Origin: Hydrurus foetidus
Lineage: Eukaryota
DNA: 64,000 nucleotides
Direction: 5' to 3'
Assembly: GCA_900617105.1 (NCBI GenBank)
Contig: UYFQ01000506.1
Coordinates: 124,001 to 188,000, forward strand
Shown piece by piece: positions 1-10,891 of this stretch; positions within the stretch are counted from its first letter, which is position 1, and the number at the start of each line of letters is the position of its first letter. A program made the translations under genes and the position numbers. The notes beneath the pieces are model-generated. The model was not told the origin of the DNA. It searched no databases and was given only the letters and a program-made list of their open reading frames with translations.

Positions 1-681
1 GCCGAATGGCGGGCTTGTGGCCAGACCGTGGACCCTGCCGAGCTCGAAGGCCGCGCCTGCTGGGCCGCTCTGGACCGCCGCCACCCGCGATCTGACGGCC
101 CTGGTGCTGGTGTTCCCGCTCGATGACGGCCAGGTCGCGGCTGCCGTTCTTTGGCTTCCGGTCGCCAACCTGGCCGATCGCGCCGAGCAGGACCGCGTGC
201 CCTACATCGTCTGGAAAGATCAGGCGTCCTGCAACCACGCCCGGCGCCGCAACCGACCCCGGTTCATCGCCGCTGCTTTTGCCGAGATCCGGTCACGCTA
301 TCGCGTGCAGGCCCTGGCCTATGACCGCTGGCGCATCGAAAGCTTCAAGCTGGCTCTGGCAGATGAAGGCATCGACGATATCGAGCTCATCTCGCACGGC
401 CAGGGCGACATGGCGCTGGCCGTTGACGCGCTCGAGCTCGCCGCTGCCGAGCGCCGCTTGCGACACGGCAACCACCCGGTGCTGACCTGGTGTATATCCA
501 ACGCCGTGACGACCCGCGATCCGGCCGGGAATGCCAAGCTGGACAAGAGCCGGTCGAATGGCTGATCGACGGCGTTGTTGTTCTGGCCATGGCGCTCAAC
601 GCCATGCAGATGCGCCCGAGGCCGAGGCGTGGTCGCCTATGGTCGAGTTTGGCTGGGCCTGGTCGAGGATCGCGCGTATAG
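1..681 (+). CDS. terL: Phage terminase large subunit, C-terminal nuclease domain (5' partial, frameshifted)
   Basis: TRDLTALVLVF, LAYDRWRI, LRHGNHPVLTWCISNAV..DPAGNAKLDKSRS, then IDGVVVLAMA in another frame; typical of Terminase_1 C-termini. Confidence 0.9.
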
Positions 682-784
682 CAGCGGGGCGCGATAGGCA
701 GGGTTTTCGCGGGCGATCCATGCGTCTAGCGCCGCAAGCTGCTCCGGTGGGATGCGGACGTTATCGGCACCGCATCGACCCTGA

Positions 785-844
785 CCTGACTTTCTGACGT
801 TGGAAACGTTTGACATCTTGGTTTTTCAATGTCAGAAAGTCGGG
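785..844. repeat. 22-bp imperfect inverted repeat with TTGACA in the spacer
   Basis: Arms 785-806 CCTGACTTTCTGACGTTGGAAA and 823-844 TTTTCAATGTCAGAAAGTCGGG; three mismatches, all G-T; TTGACA at 810-815. Confidence 0.8.
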
Positions 845-903
845 CCAAGGTAAGTTGCACCTCAAGGCCCTAACCGTAACCGATCCCTAGGGGAGATCAG
901 GCC

Positions 904-1291
904 ATGGCTTCGCTCGCCATAGCACGCCCGCGCGTGCGCCCAAATTACCAGTCTATCCGCTTTCGCCTTCGAGGTTCTATCGCGCGGCTATCGCCGCGCT
1001 CTCGACCAGCTGGACGGCGACCCGGACCTTGAAGACAGCTTCGACCAAGAGGCGGTCTGCGAAGATGAGGGCCACGAACCGGACCGTGAACCCGACGCCG
1101 CTGAATTCTTCCCCTGGCCTGACGGCGACGTTGACCAGACCAACCTCATCATTCGCCCGAGTTTGATCATGGATTCACGCCGCGCCATGCTTCTGCGGCT
1201 TTGCCGCCACCGCCACCGCCACCGCCACCGCCACCGCCACCGCTACGTCGCGAACCGTTCGCCTCCGCGTCCGACCGTGGGCGGAAGCTGA
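904..1291 (+). CDS. Small acidic hypothetical protein of the element (frameshifted; end uncertain)
   Basis: GGAGA RBS before ATG at 904; frame from 1001 reads LDQLDGDPDLEDSFDQEAVCEDEGHEPDREPD; absent from the ORF track because of a frameshift. Confidence 0.45.
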
Positions 1292-1943
1292 TTTCGCTTT
1301 CGCCCCTGGCTTTGCTGAAGCCGTCAATCGAGCTCAGCGCCGCCGGCTCTGCCAGGTCAGGTTTCCGCAATCCTATTTCCGCTGCCCTAACCGCGACGAT
1401 CCTGGCTGGCCCTGGCTCGTTTTGAGCCGGTTCGCCGATTAACGGCGCGTCGGCCGTCAAGACTTGGTGATTGTCATGCTCTGCGCAGCAGCGACCCATA
1501 GGCGAACCCGGTTCGCGCCATGCATTTGCGTTGACCCGAACTGCATTCAAATGAAAGTCCTTTGACCATTCAAAAGAATGCGGCATCATCAAGCCATGGA
1601 CGCGAACACGAAAATCAATTGCTATGAGCCCCAATTCACCCAGCGGGAAGCATCCGAGTCGCGGCGTTGATATACACCATCACAATTGGATTGCGCGGAA
1701 AGACTTTGATCTTCCCGAAGTAATGACCGGCGATCGTGGCTGACGTCTGTTTTCCATCGCAGATATCGCTGCGCTTCATGCAATGCATTATTGCGTGAAG
1801 TTGCTCGACATGCGTCCAGCCGCTGCTGGTTTCGCAGGGTCTGTTGTTCGCGAATTTTCCGCAGCCCGCCACAGAATCCCGTTCAGGATGATGATGGCAA
1901 GCACTTCAGCGTTTGGCACATTGTCAAAAGGCTGCTCTGACAT
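1167..1943 (-). CDS. Low-GC hypothetical cargo gene, antisense to the head genes (probably one gene broken by two frameshifts)
   Basis: Three abutting minus-strand ORFs (1788-2081 from Met at 1943, 1636-1872, 1167-1634) in visibly AT-richer DNA; Gly-run C-terminus. Confidence 0.4.
1204..1245. repeat. Hexanucleotide tandem repeat (CCGCCA)x6 + CCGCTA
   Basis: Read directly; encodes the poly-Gly tail of the minus-strand ORF. Confidence 0.95.
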
Positions 1944-2361
1944 TCGCTGGCGAGGGCGAGTGGAGCGCTCAAGGGGTTTGGCAACAGCCCGAAACCGGCG
2001 CGTTCTTCCACTATCACCCCGGCATTTTGAACCGAAGAACCGTTCGGTTTCCCGCACTTCCCTTTGTCTTTCAATCCCCACATCCGAGATGGCCTATCGC
2101 ATCCTTTAAAGTGCTGCGATTTGCTCATGCAGGACGTTGGCTCCCGGCCGGAACTGCGACGGCCGGCATGGATGAAGTTTGATTTGAACTCAGGGCGTCA
2201 TTCCGGTGACGCCGCCGCGACCCGGCGAACAACGAAAAGAGACCTGCCTGACGCCCGGGCCGTGCCGGCGCATCGGGGTTCGCCCTCAAGGTCGCACACC
2301 CAATTCCCCGCTAAGCCCCTGGCCGCGTGCGGGCGCGGCCGATGAAATTGGAGACTGAACA

Positions 2362-3570
2362 ATGCCAAGCCTCGCCGCGCTGTAAGAACAGCGCCACCAA
2401 GGTGGACGCCCTCAAGGCGTCACCCACCGCGCTGACAACGAGAACCGCGACCTGACCCCGGACGAAACCAGCGCCTTGACGCCGGCCGCGCCGACGTCGA
2501 GCGCCTTGACCGCGATATCCGCAACAGCCAATTCCTGGCCGAAGCCGAGCGCCGTGGCCCCGGGGATCCGGTGAACGACAACCTGCATGGCGCGGACCTG
2601 TCGCGCTACAGCGCCGCCCGCGCCATTCGAGGCGCAATGACCGGCCGCCTCGACGGTATCGAAGGCGAGATGCACACCGAACTGTCGCGCGGTCGCGAGA
2701 CGCGCGGCGTGATGATCCTGACCAGCGTCCTGCTGGGCGAGGCTCGCGCCCAAACGGCAGCACTGCCGCCAATGGCGGCAATCTCGTCCCGACCCAGTTG
2801 CGCAATGGCCGATCGCATCAATCGGCCCGCCCTCGTCGAAGCCATGGGCCCACCGTCCTTCGCAACCTGACTGATCCTCGATCTGCCGAACCTGGCCGAT
2901 CGGGCTCGACGTCGTGGGTCGCGAAGACGGCGCCGCCACCTGCTCGACCGCCACCTTGCCAAGGTGTCCATGGCTTCCCAAGACCGTGACCGGCGAGTAT
3001 CAAATGTCGCGCCGGCTCATCCTGCAGAGCAACGAGGCCATCGAAGACCTGTTGCGTCGTGACTTGGGCTTCCTCCTCGCCCAGTTTCCGGACGCCGCCG
3101 CGATCAATGGCGGCGGCTCCAACCAACCCGTTGGCATCCTCGCCAACGAGGACGTCGGCACCGTCACCGCCGCGACCGATTTCTCCGATACCACGGCCGA
3201 TCTTCATCGCCGCCCTGGAACTCGACGACGTGACCGGAAGTGCCGGGTTCCTGACGCATCCCCGCGTCATGAACACCTGCCGCAAGATCAAGGACGGCCA
3301 GGACCGCATCATTCCGCTTGCCGAACTGTTCCACGGTATCGCCGCCGAAGCCACGACCCAGGTTCCGACCAATCTTGGCGTCGGCATCAACAAGACGGCC
3401 CTGATCTATGGCCTGTGGTCCGAACTGGTCATTGGCTACTGGTCCGCCGTCGACGTCCCAGGAACCCCTATCACGCCGACGTCGCCAGCAAGGGCGGCGC
3501 TCTATCCATGCTCGACGCGGACGTTGCCGTCCGCCAGGTCGAGGCCTTCCGCTACACGGAGCTTCCAGCC
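2362..3570 (+). CDS. HK97-fold major capsid protein (multiple frameshifts)
   Basis: GGAG RBS and ATG 2362; N-terminal scaffold-like segment (NRDLTPDE), SRRLILQSNEAIEDLLRRDL, AAINGGGSNQPVGIL, LIYGLWSELVIGYW. Confidence 0.85.
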
Positions 3571-4111
3571 ATGGACGCCTGCACCCTGGAACATCGCTCT
3601 GCGGAAATCGAAATCCGCGCCAAGGGTCGACGCCTGAGGGCTACGCGGCCCTTTTGGGGCGGGCCTCTATCGCTGACTTTGAGGAAGAAATCCGCCAAGG
3701 CGCGTTCTCGACGCACCTGGCCAGCGGTCTCGATACCTCGCTCTGGTCGATCACGATCCGACCTGTCTCCTGGCCCGCACCCGGTCCAAGACCCTGCGAC
3801 TGTCTCAAGACAGCCGGGGCCTAGCGTTCGATCTCGACCTTCCCGACACGACTGAAGGCCGGGACGTTCTCACACTTGCCGAACGCGGCGACCTTGGCGG
3901 CATGTCTTTCGGCTTCAACGTCCTGCCAGGTGGTGAAAGCCGCGCGAACCGTGTTCGCGTGCTGGAATCCGTTCGCCTTCATGAAATCAGCATCGTGCAG
4001 GCCTTCCCCGCCTATGACGGCACAGAGGTCAACGCCAGATCCTTGCTGCCCCTTCGCGCCCGCCGCTTGACGCTGCGCATGGCCCGCCTGCACCTGGAGT
4101 CGCTGCTGTGA
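3571..4111 (+). CDS. HK97-family prohead protease (frameshifted)
   Basis: EGYAAL, FEEEIRQGAFS, LVDHD, MSFGFNV, LHEISIVQAFPAYDGTEV spread across frames. Confidence 0.88.
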
Positions 4112-5320
4112 GCCCTTTGACTTCATGAAGCGCGAGAAGCGCACAGCTGCGACCGTTGCCGCGAACGATCCCCTATATCGCCGAATTTTTCGGCTTCGGG
4201 GCAGGGGCGGCTACGTCCAACCCGACGCCCTGTTGAGCAACAGTGCTGTCGCGGTGCGCTGTGTCAGCATCCGTTCTGAAATGCTGGCCAGCGTCGGTCT
4301 CTTCCTTTTCCGGCGCACTGAGGCCGGCGGACGCAAGCGCGCCGACGATCTCGCTGTATGCCGTTCTGCATGACCAGATGAACCCCCAGATGGCCGCTTT
4401 CGAAGGCCGAGAGTTTATGGTCCGCTCCTGATCTCACGGCAACGCGTATGCGCGCATTGAGCGCGACAACCGCGGCCAGGTGACGGCGCTCTATCCCCTT
4501 GTTGCCGGCGACGTTACCGTTGAGCGCCTGGCCAGCGGACGCCTCGCTATCGCGCGCAACGCGCGGGCTCTACCTTGATCCTGCTGCAAGATGAAATGCT
4601 GCGCATTCGCGGGCCTTCCCGCGATGGCGTGGTCGGGATTTCCGCGATCCAATATGGCCGCTTGCATGGGCTTGCGGATTTCGCAGTCTCAGACTGCAAC
4701 GGCTATGGTTGAGAACGGCCTGCGGCCCAGTGGCGTCATGAGCTACCCGGAGAAGATCAACGCCGCCGATCGCAGCAAGTTACTGCGAAGCCGTTGCCTG
4801 AGCGCCTGCAGGGCTCAGCCAACGCTGGCCAGCTGATCATCATGGACGGCGGTGCAACCTTTACCTCGTTGGCCTGGACTGCCGAAGACGCCGAATTTCT
4901 GGCGTCGCAGAAGCTCAGCAACGAGGATGTCGCTCGCCTTCTTTGGCGTTCCGCCAACGAGCGTCGGCATCACCGATAAGGCGACCTATTCCAACATTCT
5001 GAACAAGAGGGCCGCGCCCTGGTGCAGAACTGCCTTTGGCCCGCCGCTGCTCCGCGTCGAGGCTGCGCTGATGCGCTGCCTCACTGACACCGGACGCCCG
5101 TCGCACCCTCTATCTCGAGCACGACCTTTCGTCGCTTCTGCGCGGTGACGTGCAGGCCCGTTTCGAGTCGTACCGCATCGCCCGGGAGATCGGCGCCATG
5201 TCGCCCAACGAGATCAGGCGGCGGGAGAACGAGCCGCCTATCCCAGGCGGTGACGTTTACCATCAACCGGCCAATTGGGTCGCGCTCGGCGCTAACCCGG
5301 CCGTAGGGGGCGCTCAATGA
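4108..5320 (+). CDS. HK97-family portal protein (frameshifted)
   Basis: AVRCVSIRSEMLAS, LYAVLHDQMNPQMAAFE, GNAYARIERD, ENGLRPSGVM, EDAEFLASQK, FGVPP, MSPNEIRRRENEPPIPGGD; TGA overlaps next ATG. Confidence 0.88.
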
Positions 5321-5619
5321 CGCTTCCCACCATTGTTACCCTCGACGAGGCCAAGGCCTTCCTGCGTGTGGATCACGAAGAAGAGGACGCCCTTGTCGAG
5401 GGCTTCATTGCGACGGCGACGGCCGAGGCCCTGCACCTGGCCGACGACCTGGACCCCGAAGCCGAGATCTTCCCCGAAGGGCTCAAGACCGCCGTGCTGT
5501 TGCATGTCGAGGCGCTGTATGACCGTGACAACGGCGGGCTGTTCCTGAGGCATCTGCGGCGCTCTCGCGGCGTCACAGGGATTGAGCGTAGCTGTGGCCA
5601 GCGCTCTAACCTTTCCTGA
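5317..5619 (+). CDS. Head-tail connector protein (gp6-like)
   Basis: VTLDEAKAFLRVDHEEEDALVEGFIATA...LKTAVLLHVEALYDRD. Confidence 0.85.
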   Translation: MTLPTIVTLDEAKAFLRVDHEEEDALVEGFIATATAEALHLADDLDPEAEIFPEGLKTAVLLHVEALYDRDNGGLFLRHLRRSRGVTGIERSCGQRSNLS

Positions 5620-5778
5620 CCTTGCCCAGGTCCGGGACGCCCTGCAGGTCAGCTACAAGACCATTCGCAAATTGATTGCCGTTGGACATTCCGGCCTGCA
5701 AGGTCGGCTCACAATGGCGGGTTCGTTCTGACGATTTTGAAAGCTACGGGAGGCGTGAATGTCCCTCTGGCGCGGTGA
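5594..5778 (+). CDS. Excisionase-like helix-turn-helix protein (frameshifted; ends approximate)
   Basis: FLTLAQVRDALQVSYKTIRKLI..DIPACKVGSQWRV; immediately upstream of the integrase. Confidence 0.75.
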
Positions 5779-6800
5779 CGTTCGGCACTACAGCTTCACC
5801 GTCAGGGGCAACGCCGCGGCTCGACCCATTGCCGGCGCAGGCGACGCGCGCCTCGTCGAAGACCGGGAGCGGCGTGCTGCTGAGCTGGGAGAAACACAGG
5901 CCAGGAAGACGATTGAGCCCAGGTACGGTCTCACCCTATACTGAGGCCCGTGGCGCACACTTGCGGTCTGCGGACGATATAGCCGCACGCCTTGCGACAA
6001 TGGTTCGCCTTATCGGCCGCAGTACGCCGGTCAATGAGATCGGCCCTGAAGGTAATCCAGACTGCGATATGGCCCGCCGCATGGAGACATCCAAGCGCGG
6101 CGGGCGCTGTCCACCAACCGTCAACCGCGACATGATCGACAGACCCTGCGGCCCCTTCTGAACTTTGCCGCCCACAACTTGAGATCCCGATAGGCGTATT
6201 GTCTGGCGTGAGCTTCTGCCTGGCCGAACCCCGGGCAGAACGCGCACCTTCACGGCCCAGGAACTGGCCCTGTGGCGGTCAAACCTTCCCGTTTGGCATC
6301 GCCCGATCTTCGATTTTGTCCGCTATGGCGTCCGTTTGGGCGAAGCCTTTTTCCCATGCGATGCAGTAAACATCGACGCCGGCGAGGTCGTTCTGCGTTC
6401 GCGTAAGGCAGGCGACGATCACGCGTTGCCGCTGCTGCCTGAAGACGTCGCGACCTGGCCGCGAGGATAGCCGCGCTCGCGCCGCCAAGATCGAGACCCC
6501 TTGGCTTCGCCAGATGAAGGACGGCACCCTTCGCCCGGTGACGTACAGCGGTTTTGCGGGCATCACGCAAGGCCCTCACGTGGCCGGAATCGACGACGCC
6601 CGCCCTGCTCCATGATCTGCGCCACCACGCAGCAACCGAGATCACCCGTCGCGGCGGTCTGAAGGCCGCACAGATCGTCTTGGGCCATGCCTCGATCATC
6701 TGACCCAGCGCTACGCGCACCCGAACAGGGCTGACACGCTTGCGGCGCTTGGTCACAAATCGACCACACCCCTCAATCGAAACCAAGAAAGCCAGGCAAG
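5759..6800 (+). CDS. Tyrosine recombinase/integrase (heavily frameshifted; end approximate)
   Basis: HYSFTVRG N-terminus, PTVNRDMID, LARYGVRLGE, LLHDLRHHAATEI, QIVLGHASI..TQRYAH catalytic boxes; next to tRNA. Confidence 0.85.
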
Positions 6801-6862
6801 TGGATCATTGCCAGTCCCAACGGATTTTAAGTCCGGCGCGTCTACCATTCCGCCATGTCCCC
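6801..6862 (-). tRNA. tRNA-Leu(UAA), incomplete: T-arm and 3' acceptor strand missing; probable integration site
   Basis: Minus strand GGGGACATGGCGGAATGGTAGACGCGCCGGACTTAAAATCCGTTGGGACTGGCAATGATCCA: D-loop GG, anticodon loop CTTAAAA, long variable arm, no GTTCRA. Confidence 0.85.
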
Positions 6863-7051
6863 AGGTAGCCGAACGGCCTTACGCGACCGGGGTTTCCCCG
6901 TCGAGAGCGCAGGGCGCAGCAGTCGGTGAAAAACGGACGCGAATGGCGGTCCGGGACGCAAGCGGGCGTGCTAACCTCGCCTTGAGCAGGATCAAAGCCT
7001 GCCTGTCGTCATTCCGAATAGTGGCTGACGCATCCTGTCCCGGAGACCGCC

Positions 7052-7425
7052 GTGCGCCGCCTGTTGATCGTGAGTTTTCTACTTGTCGCGGCTGCGCGAC
7101 GTCCGGTCTGCCAGGGCTCACGCCCGCGGCAGCCGCCGCGCCCCCGGTCGTGGCGGCTGACCCGGTGACGCGCGGACGGTCACTGGTCGAGACGCGATGT
7201 GCGGCCTGTCACGCCGTCGGCCCATCGGGGGAGAGCAGCCTTTCGCCGGCTCCGCCGTTTCGAACCCTCAGCCAGCGCTATCCGGTCGCCAATCTGCAGG
7301 AAGCCTTCGCCGAAGGGATCTCGACAGGTCACCCGCAGATGCCGCAGATCGCTTTGGAAGCCGAGCAGGTCAAGGATCTGATCGCTTATCTGGAAAGCAT
7401 CCAGATGCCGTCGAAGACCCGCTGA
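7052..7425 (+). CDS. Monoheme c-type cytochrome, probable lipoprotein (frameshift in signal region)
   Basis: CAACH heme motif, GHPQMP axial Met, GGAG RBS before GTG 7052. Confidence 0.85.
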
Positions 7426-7491
7426 TCGGCCCTCGACGCGGGGCGATCCCATGCTAGCGTCGCCGTCCTGAATCATGGACGGGGACGGAAC

Positions 7492-8772
7492 ATGCGGGTT
7501 GGGATCAAGGCTCTGGCGATCATGGGCGCGCTCTGCGCCGGCGCTTCAGCCCAGGCGGCGCAGATCGAGGCGATCAGCGCGGCGCGGCTGCTGGACGTGG
7601 CGTCGGGCAAGTATGTCGAAAATCCGATGGTGATCGTCACTGACGGCCGCATCACGGCGGTCGGCAAGAAGGGCGAGCTGGCTATTCCCGCCGGCGCCAA
7701 GCTGATCGATCTGTCCGGCGCGACCCTGCTGCCGGGCCTGATCGACATGCACGTCCACATTGACAGCCTGGCGGAGGTCGGGGGCTACAACAGCCTGCAA
7801 TACAGCGACGCTTTCTGGAGCGTGGTCCAGACGGCCAACGCCAAGGCCACCGTCGAAGCCGGCTTCACCACCATCCGCAATCTGGGCGCCGACCGCTTCA
7901 ACGACGTGGGCCTGCGCGAGGCGATCGACGGCGGCTATGTGCCCGGCCCTCGCATTGTCACCGCTGGCTATGCGATCGGCGCGACGGGCGGCCATTGCGA
8001 CTCGACCTACTTCCCGGCCTCGATGGCCCAGAAGGGCCCCTATGTCGCCGACGGTCCCGATGAGGGGCGCAAGAAGGTGCGCGAGGTGCGCAAGTACGGC
8101 GCTCAGGTGATCAAGATCTGCGCCACCGGCGGGGTCTTTTCGCGCAACACCGAGCCGGGTCAGCAGCAACTGTCCCTGGCCGAGATGACCGCCATCGTCG
8201 AAGAGGCCCACATGTGGGGCCTGAAGGTCGCCGCCCACGCTCACGGCGCGGCGGGCATCAAGGACGCCATCCGCGCGGGCGTCGACACCATCGAACACGT
8301 CAGCCTGGTCGATGACGAGGGCATCAAGCTGGCCGTCCAGAAGGGCTTCTGGTTCTCGATGGACATCTACAATACCGACTACACCCAGGCCGAAGGCAAG
8401 AAGAACGGCGTGCTGGAAGACAACCTGCGCAAGGATCGCGAGATCGGCGACGTGCAGCGCGAGAACTTCCGCAAGGCGATCAAGGCGGGCGTAAAGATGG
8501 TGCTGGGCACCGACGCCGGCATCTATCCGCATGGCCAGAACGCCAAGCAGTTCGCCGTGATGGTTCGCTATGGCGCCACCCCCCTGCAGGCCATCCAGTC
8601 GGCCACGCTCAACGCCGCCCAGGCCCTGGGCCAGGAGAAGGACGTGGGCCAGGTGGCCGTGGGTCGCTACGGCGACATCATCGCCGTCAATGGCGATCCG
8701 CTGACCGACGTGACCACGCTGGAAAGGCCGGTCTTCGTGATGAAGGGCGGCGCAGTGGTGCGCCAGCCCTGA
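7492..8772 (+). CDS. Secreted amidohydrolase-superfamily peptidase (Xaa-Pro dipeptidase/carboxypeptidase-like)
   Basis: Signal peptide; PGLIDMHVH, IKICATGG, AAHAHG, TIEH, GTDAG. Confidence 0.92.
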   Translation: MRVGIKALAIMGALCAGASAQAAQIEAISAARLLDVASGKYVENPMVIVTDGRITAVGKKGELAIPAGAKLIDLSGATLLPGLIDMHVHIDSLAEVGGYNSLQYSDAFWSVVQTANAKATVEAGFTTIRNLGADRFNDVGLREAIDGGYVPGPRIVTAGYAIGATGGHCDSTYFPASMAQKGPYVADGPDEGRKKVREVRKYGAQVIKICATGGVFSRNTEPGQQQLSLAEMTAIVEEAHMWGLKVAAHAHGAAGIKDAIRAGVDTIEHVSLVDDEGIKLAVQKGFWFSMDIYNTDYTQAEGKKNGVLEDNLRKDREIGDVQRENFRKAIKAGVKMVLGTDAGIYPHGQNAKQFAVMVRYGATPLQAIQSATLNAAQALGQEKDVGQVAVGRYGDIIAVNGDPLTDVTTLERPVFVMKGGAVVRQP

Positions 8773-8845
8773 GACATCTCTGGGAAAACGGCGTCGGGAT
8801 CGTTAGTTACGGGCCAACGCTCCGCCATGGAGCCGCCAGCCCAGG

Positions 8846-9874
8846 ATGCCTGACGCCGTGATCGCCTTCGAGGCCGCTTCCAAGACCTATGCCCCCAAGG
8901 CAAATGCAAAGGGTGGCGGTCACGCCGCCCTGAGCGAGGTGTCCCTGTCGGTGAAGGCCGGCGAGGTGTTCGGCGTGATCGGAGCCTCGGGCGCCGGCAA
9001 GTCCACCCTGATCCGGCTGATCAACGGCCTGGAAAAGCCGACCGGCGGCAGCGTCATGGTGGATGGCGACGATGTCGCCGCCCTGGGCGTCGAGGGCCTG
9101 CGCGCCCTGCGTCGCCGGGTGGGGATGATCTTCCAGCATTTCAACCTGCTGTCGTCCAAGACCGTGGCTGACAATGTCGCCTTCCCGCTGAAGCTGGCCG
9201 GGCGACCGGCTGCTGAGGTCAAGGCGCGCACCGCCGAGCTGCTGGCGCGGGTCGGCCTTTCGGATCAGGCGGCCAAGTATCCGGCCCAACTGTCGGGCGG
9301 CCAGAAGCAGCGGGTCGGCATCGCCAGGGCCCTGGCGACCGGTCCCAAGATCCTGCTGTGTGATGAGGCCACCAGCGCCCTGGATCCCGAGACCACCGAG
9401 CAGATCCTCGACCTGGTCTCCAATCTCAATCGCGAGCTGGGCCTGACCATCGTGCTGATCACCCACGAGATGGACGTGGTCCGCCGCGTCTGCGACCGGG
9501 TGGCGGTGCTGGAGGCCGGGCGCGTGGTCGAGGCCGGTCCGGTCGAGGACGTTTTCCTGCATCCCGCCAGCGCCACGGCCCGCCGCTTCGTGCGCGAGGC
9601 GGACGGCGAGCCCGCCGCCGATGCGGCTCTGACCGGTCGCGTCGTGCGGCTGACCTTCAAGGGCGAGGCGACCTACAAGCCGGTGCTGGGCGAGGTAGCC
9701 CGCGCCACGGGCGTCGACTATTCCATCCTGGGCGGCCGTATCCATCGCCTGCGCGAGACGCCCTATGGCCAGCTGACCCTGGCCCTGACCGGCGGCGACG
9801 TCGGCGCGGCCATCGCCCGGTTCCAGGCCGAGGGCGTGCGCGTGGATGAACTTTCCGGGGAGACCGCGCGATGA
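8846..9874 (+). CDS. metN: Methionine ABC transporter ATP-binding protein
   Basis: [31 protein letters not shown]-terminal NIL-like domain. Confidence 0.93.
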   Translation: MPDAVIAFEAASKTYAPKANAKGGGHAALSEVSLSVKAGEVFGVIGASGAGKSTLIRLINGLEKPTGGSVMVDGDDVAALGVEGLRALRRRVGMIFQHFNLLSSKTVADNVAFPLKLAGRPAAEVKARTAELLARVGLSDQAAKYPAQLSGGQKQRVGIARALATGPKILLCDEATSALDPETTEQILDLVSNLNRELGLTIVLITHEMDVVRRVCDRVAVLEAGRVVEAGPVEDVFLHPASATARRFVREADGEPAADAALTGRVVRLTFKGEATYKPVLGEVARATGVDYSILGGRIHRLRETPYGQLTLALTGGDVGAAIARFQAEGVRVDELSGETAR

Positions 9875-10530
9875 GCGTCTCGAACATCGACTGGTCCGAG
9901 ATCGGCCAGGCGACCCTCGACACCCTGACCATGCTGGGCGGGTCGATGGTCCTGACGGTGGTCCTGGGGCTGCCGCTGGGCGTGATCCTGTTCCTGACCG
10001 GCAAGGGCCAGATGCTGGAGAACCGCGCGGCCAACGGCCTGCTGTCGCTGCTGGTCAATATCCTGCGCTCGGTGCCGTTTGTGATCCTGCTGATCGTAAT
10101 GATCCCGCTGACCGTGGCCCTGGTCGGCACGTCGCTGGGCGTGCAGGGTGCGATCCCGCCGCTGGTGGCCGGCGCCGCGCCCTTCTTCGCGCGGCTGGTC
10201 GAGACGGCCCTGCGCGAGGTCGACAAGGGCGTGATCGAGGCCAGCTTCGCCATGGGCGCCCGGCGTCGGCAGGTGGTGCTGGGCGCTTTGCTGCCCGAGG
10301 CCATGCCGGGGATCATCGCCGCCGCGACGGTGACGGCCATCGCCCTGGTGTCCTACACCGCCATGGCCGGCGTGGTCGGGGCAGGGGGGTTGGGCGACCT
10401 GGCCATCCGCTTCGGCTATCAGCGCTTCCAGACCGATGTGATGGTCGTCACCGTCGTGTTGCTGCTGATCCTGGTGCAGGCGCTGCAGATGGTCGGCGAC
10501 ACGGTGGTGCGCCGGGTTTCACATCGCTAG
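9871..10530 (+). CDS. metI: Methionine ABC transporter permease
   Basis: [28 protein letters not shown]; coupled to metN. Confidence 0.93.
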   Translation: MSVSNIDWSEIGQATLDTLTMLGGSMVLTVVLGLPLGVILFLTGKGQMLENRAANGLLSLLVNILRSVPFVILLIVMIPLTVALVGTSLGVQGAIPPLVAGAAPFFARLVETALREVDKGVIEASFAMGARRRQVVLGALLPEAMPGIIAAATVTAIALVSYTAMAGVVGAGGLGDLAIRFGYQRFQTDVMVVTVVLLLILVQALQMVGDTVVRRVSHR

Positions 10531-10537
10531 AAGGTGT

Positions 10538-10891
10538 ATGACCGACGAAACGCCCATCTTTACCGCGCCGCCTCCCGAACACTGGGACGAAGACTTCGCT
10601 CAGGCGCTTATCGGCAAGACCCTGATGCTGGGCCTGACCTTGCTGGTGATGACGGCGAGGTGCCGAGCGTCAGCAGTTTTCGGCGTGGTCATCGAGGCCA
10701 ACGACCAGACGGGCATCGTGCTGGATCTGCTGGGCGAGCAGGACGGCGACATCTACACTCTGCCGCCCCAGACCTCGGCGATCACCCCCACGCCGCCGGG
10801 TGTGACGAGTCTTGAGGGGCGAACGCCCGACTTCGTGGTCAACTGGGCGATCCACGGATCACCCGATGAGCCGGCCAACGACGAAGGCTAG
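10538..10891 (+). CDS. Hypothetical protein
   Basis: 117-aa ORF with RBS right after metI and host-like codon usage. Confidence 0.6.
   Translation: MTDETPIFTAPPPEHWDEDFAQALIGKTLMLGLTLLVMTARCRASAVFGVVIEANDQTGIVLDLLGEQDGDIYTLPPQTSAITPTPPGVTSLEGRTPDFVVNWAIHGSPDEPANDEG

Larger units (their letters stand above)
1..6862 (+). mobile_element. Integrated phage-satellite-like element (capsid-forming PICI-like) or degraded prophage, right end; left boundary outside window
   Basis: Terminase, capsid, prohead protease, portal, head-tail connector, excisionase and tyrosine integrase on the + strand, ending at a tRNA-Leu; no tail genes between connector and integrase. Confidence 0.8.

Noticed and set aside
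1201..1425. Poly-proline ORF
   Set aside because: It is the + strand reading of the hexamer repeat, with a TTG start and no RBS
1..5619. Gene transfer agent cluster
   Set aside because: RcGTA-type clusters run terminase-portal-protease-capsid followed by tail genes and lack an adjacent integrase/tRNA site; order and content differ here
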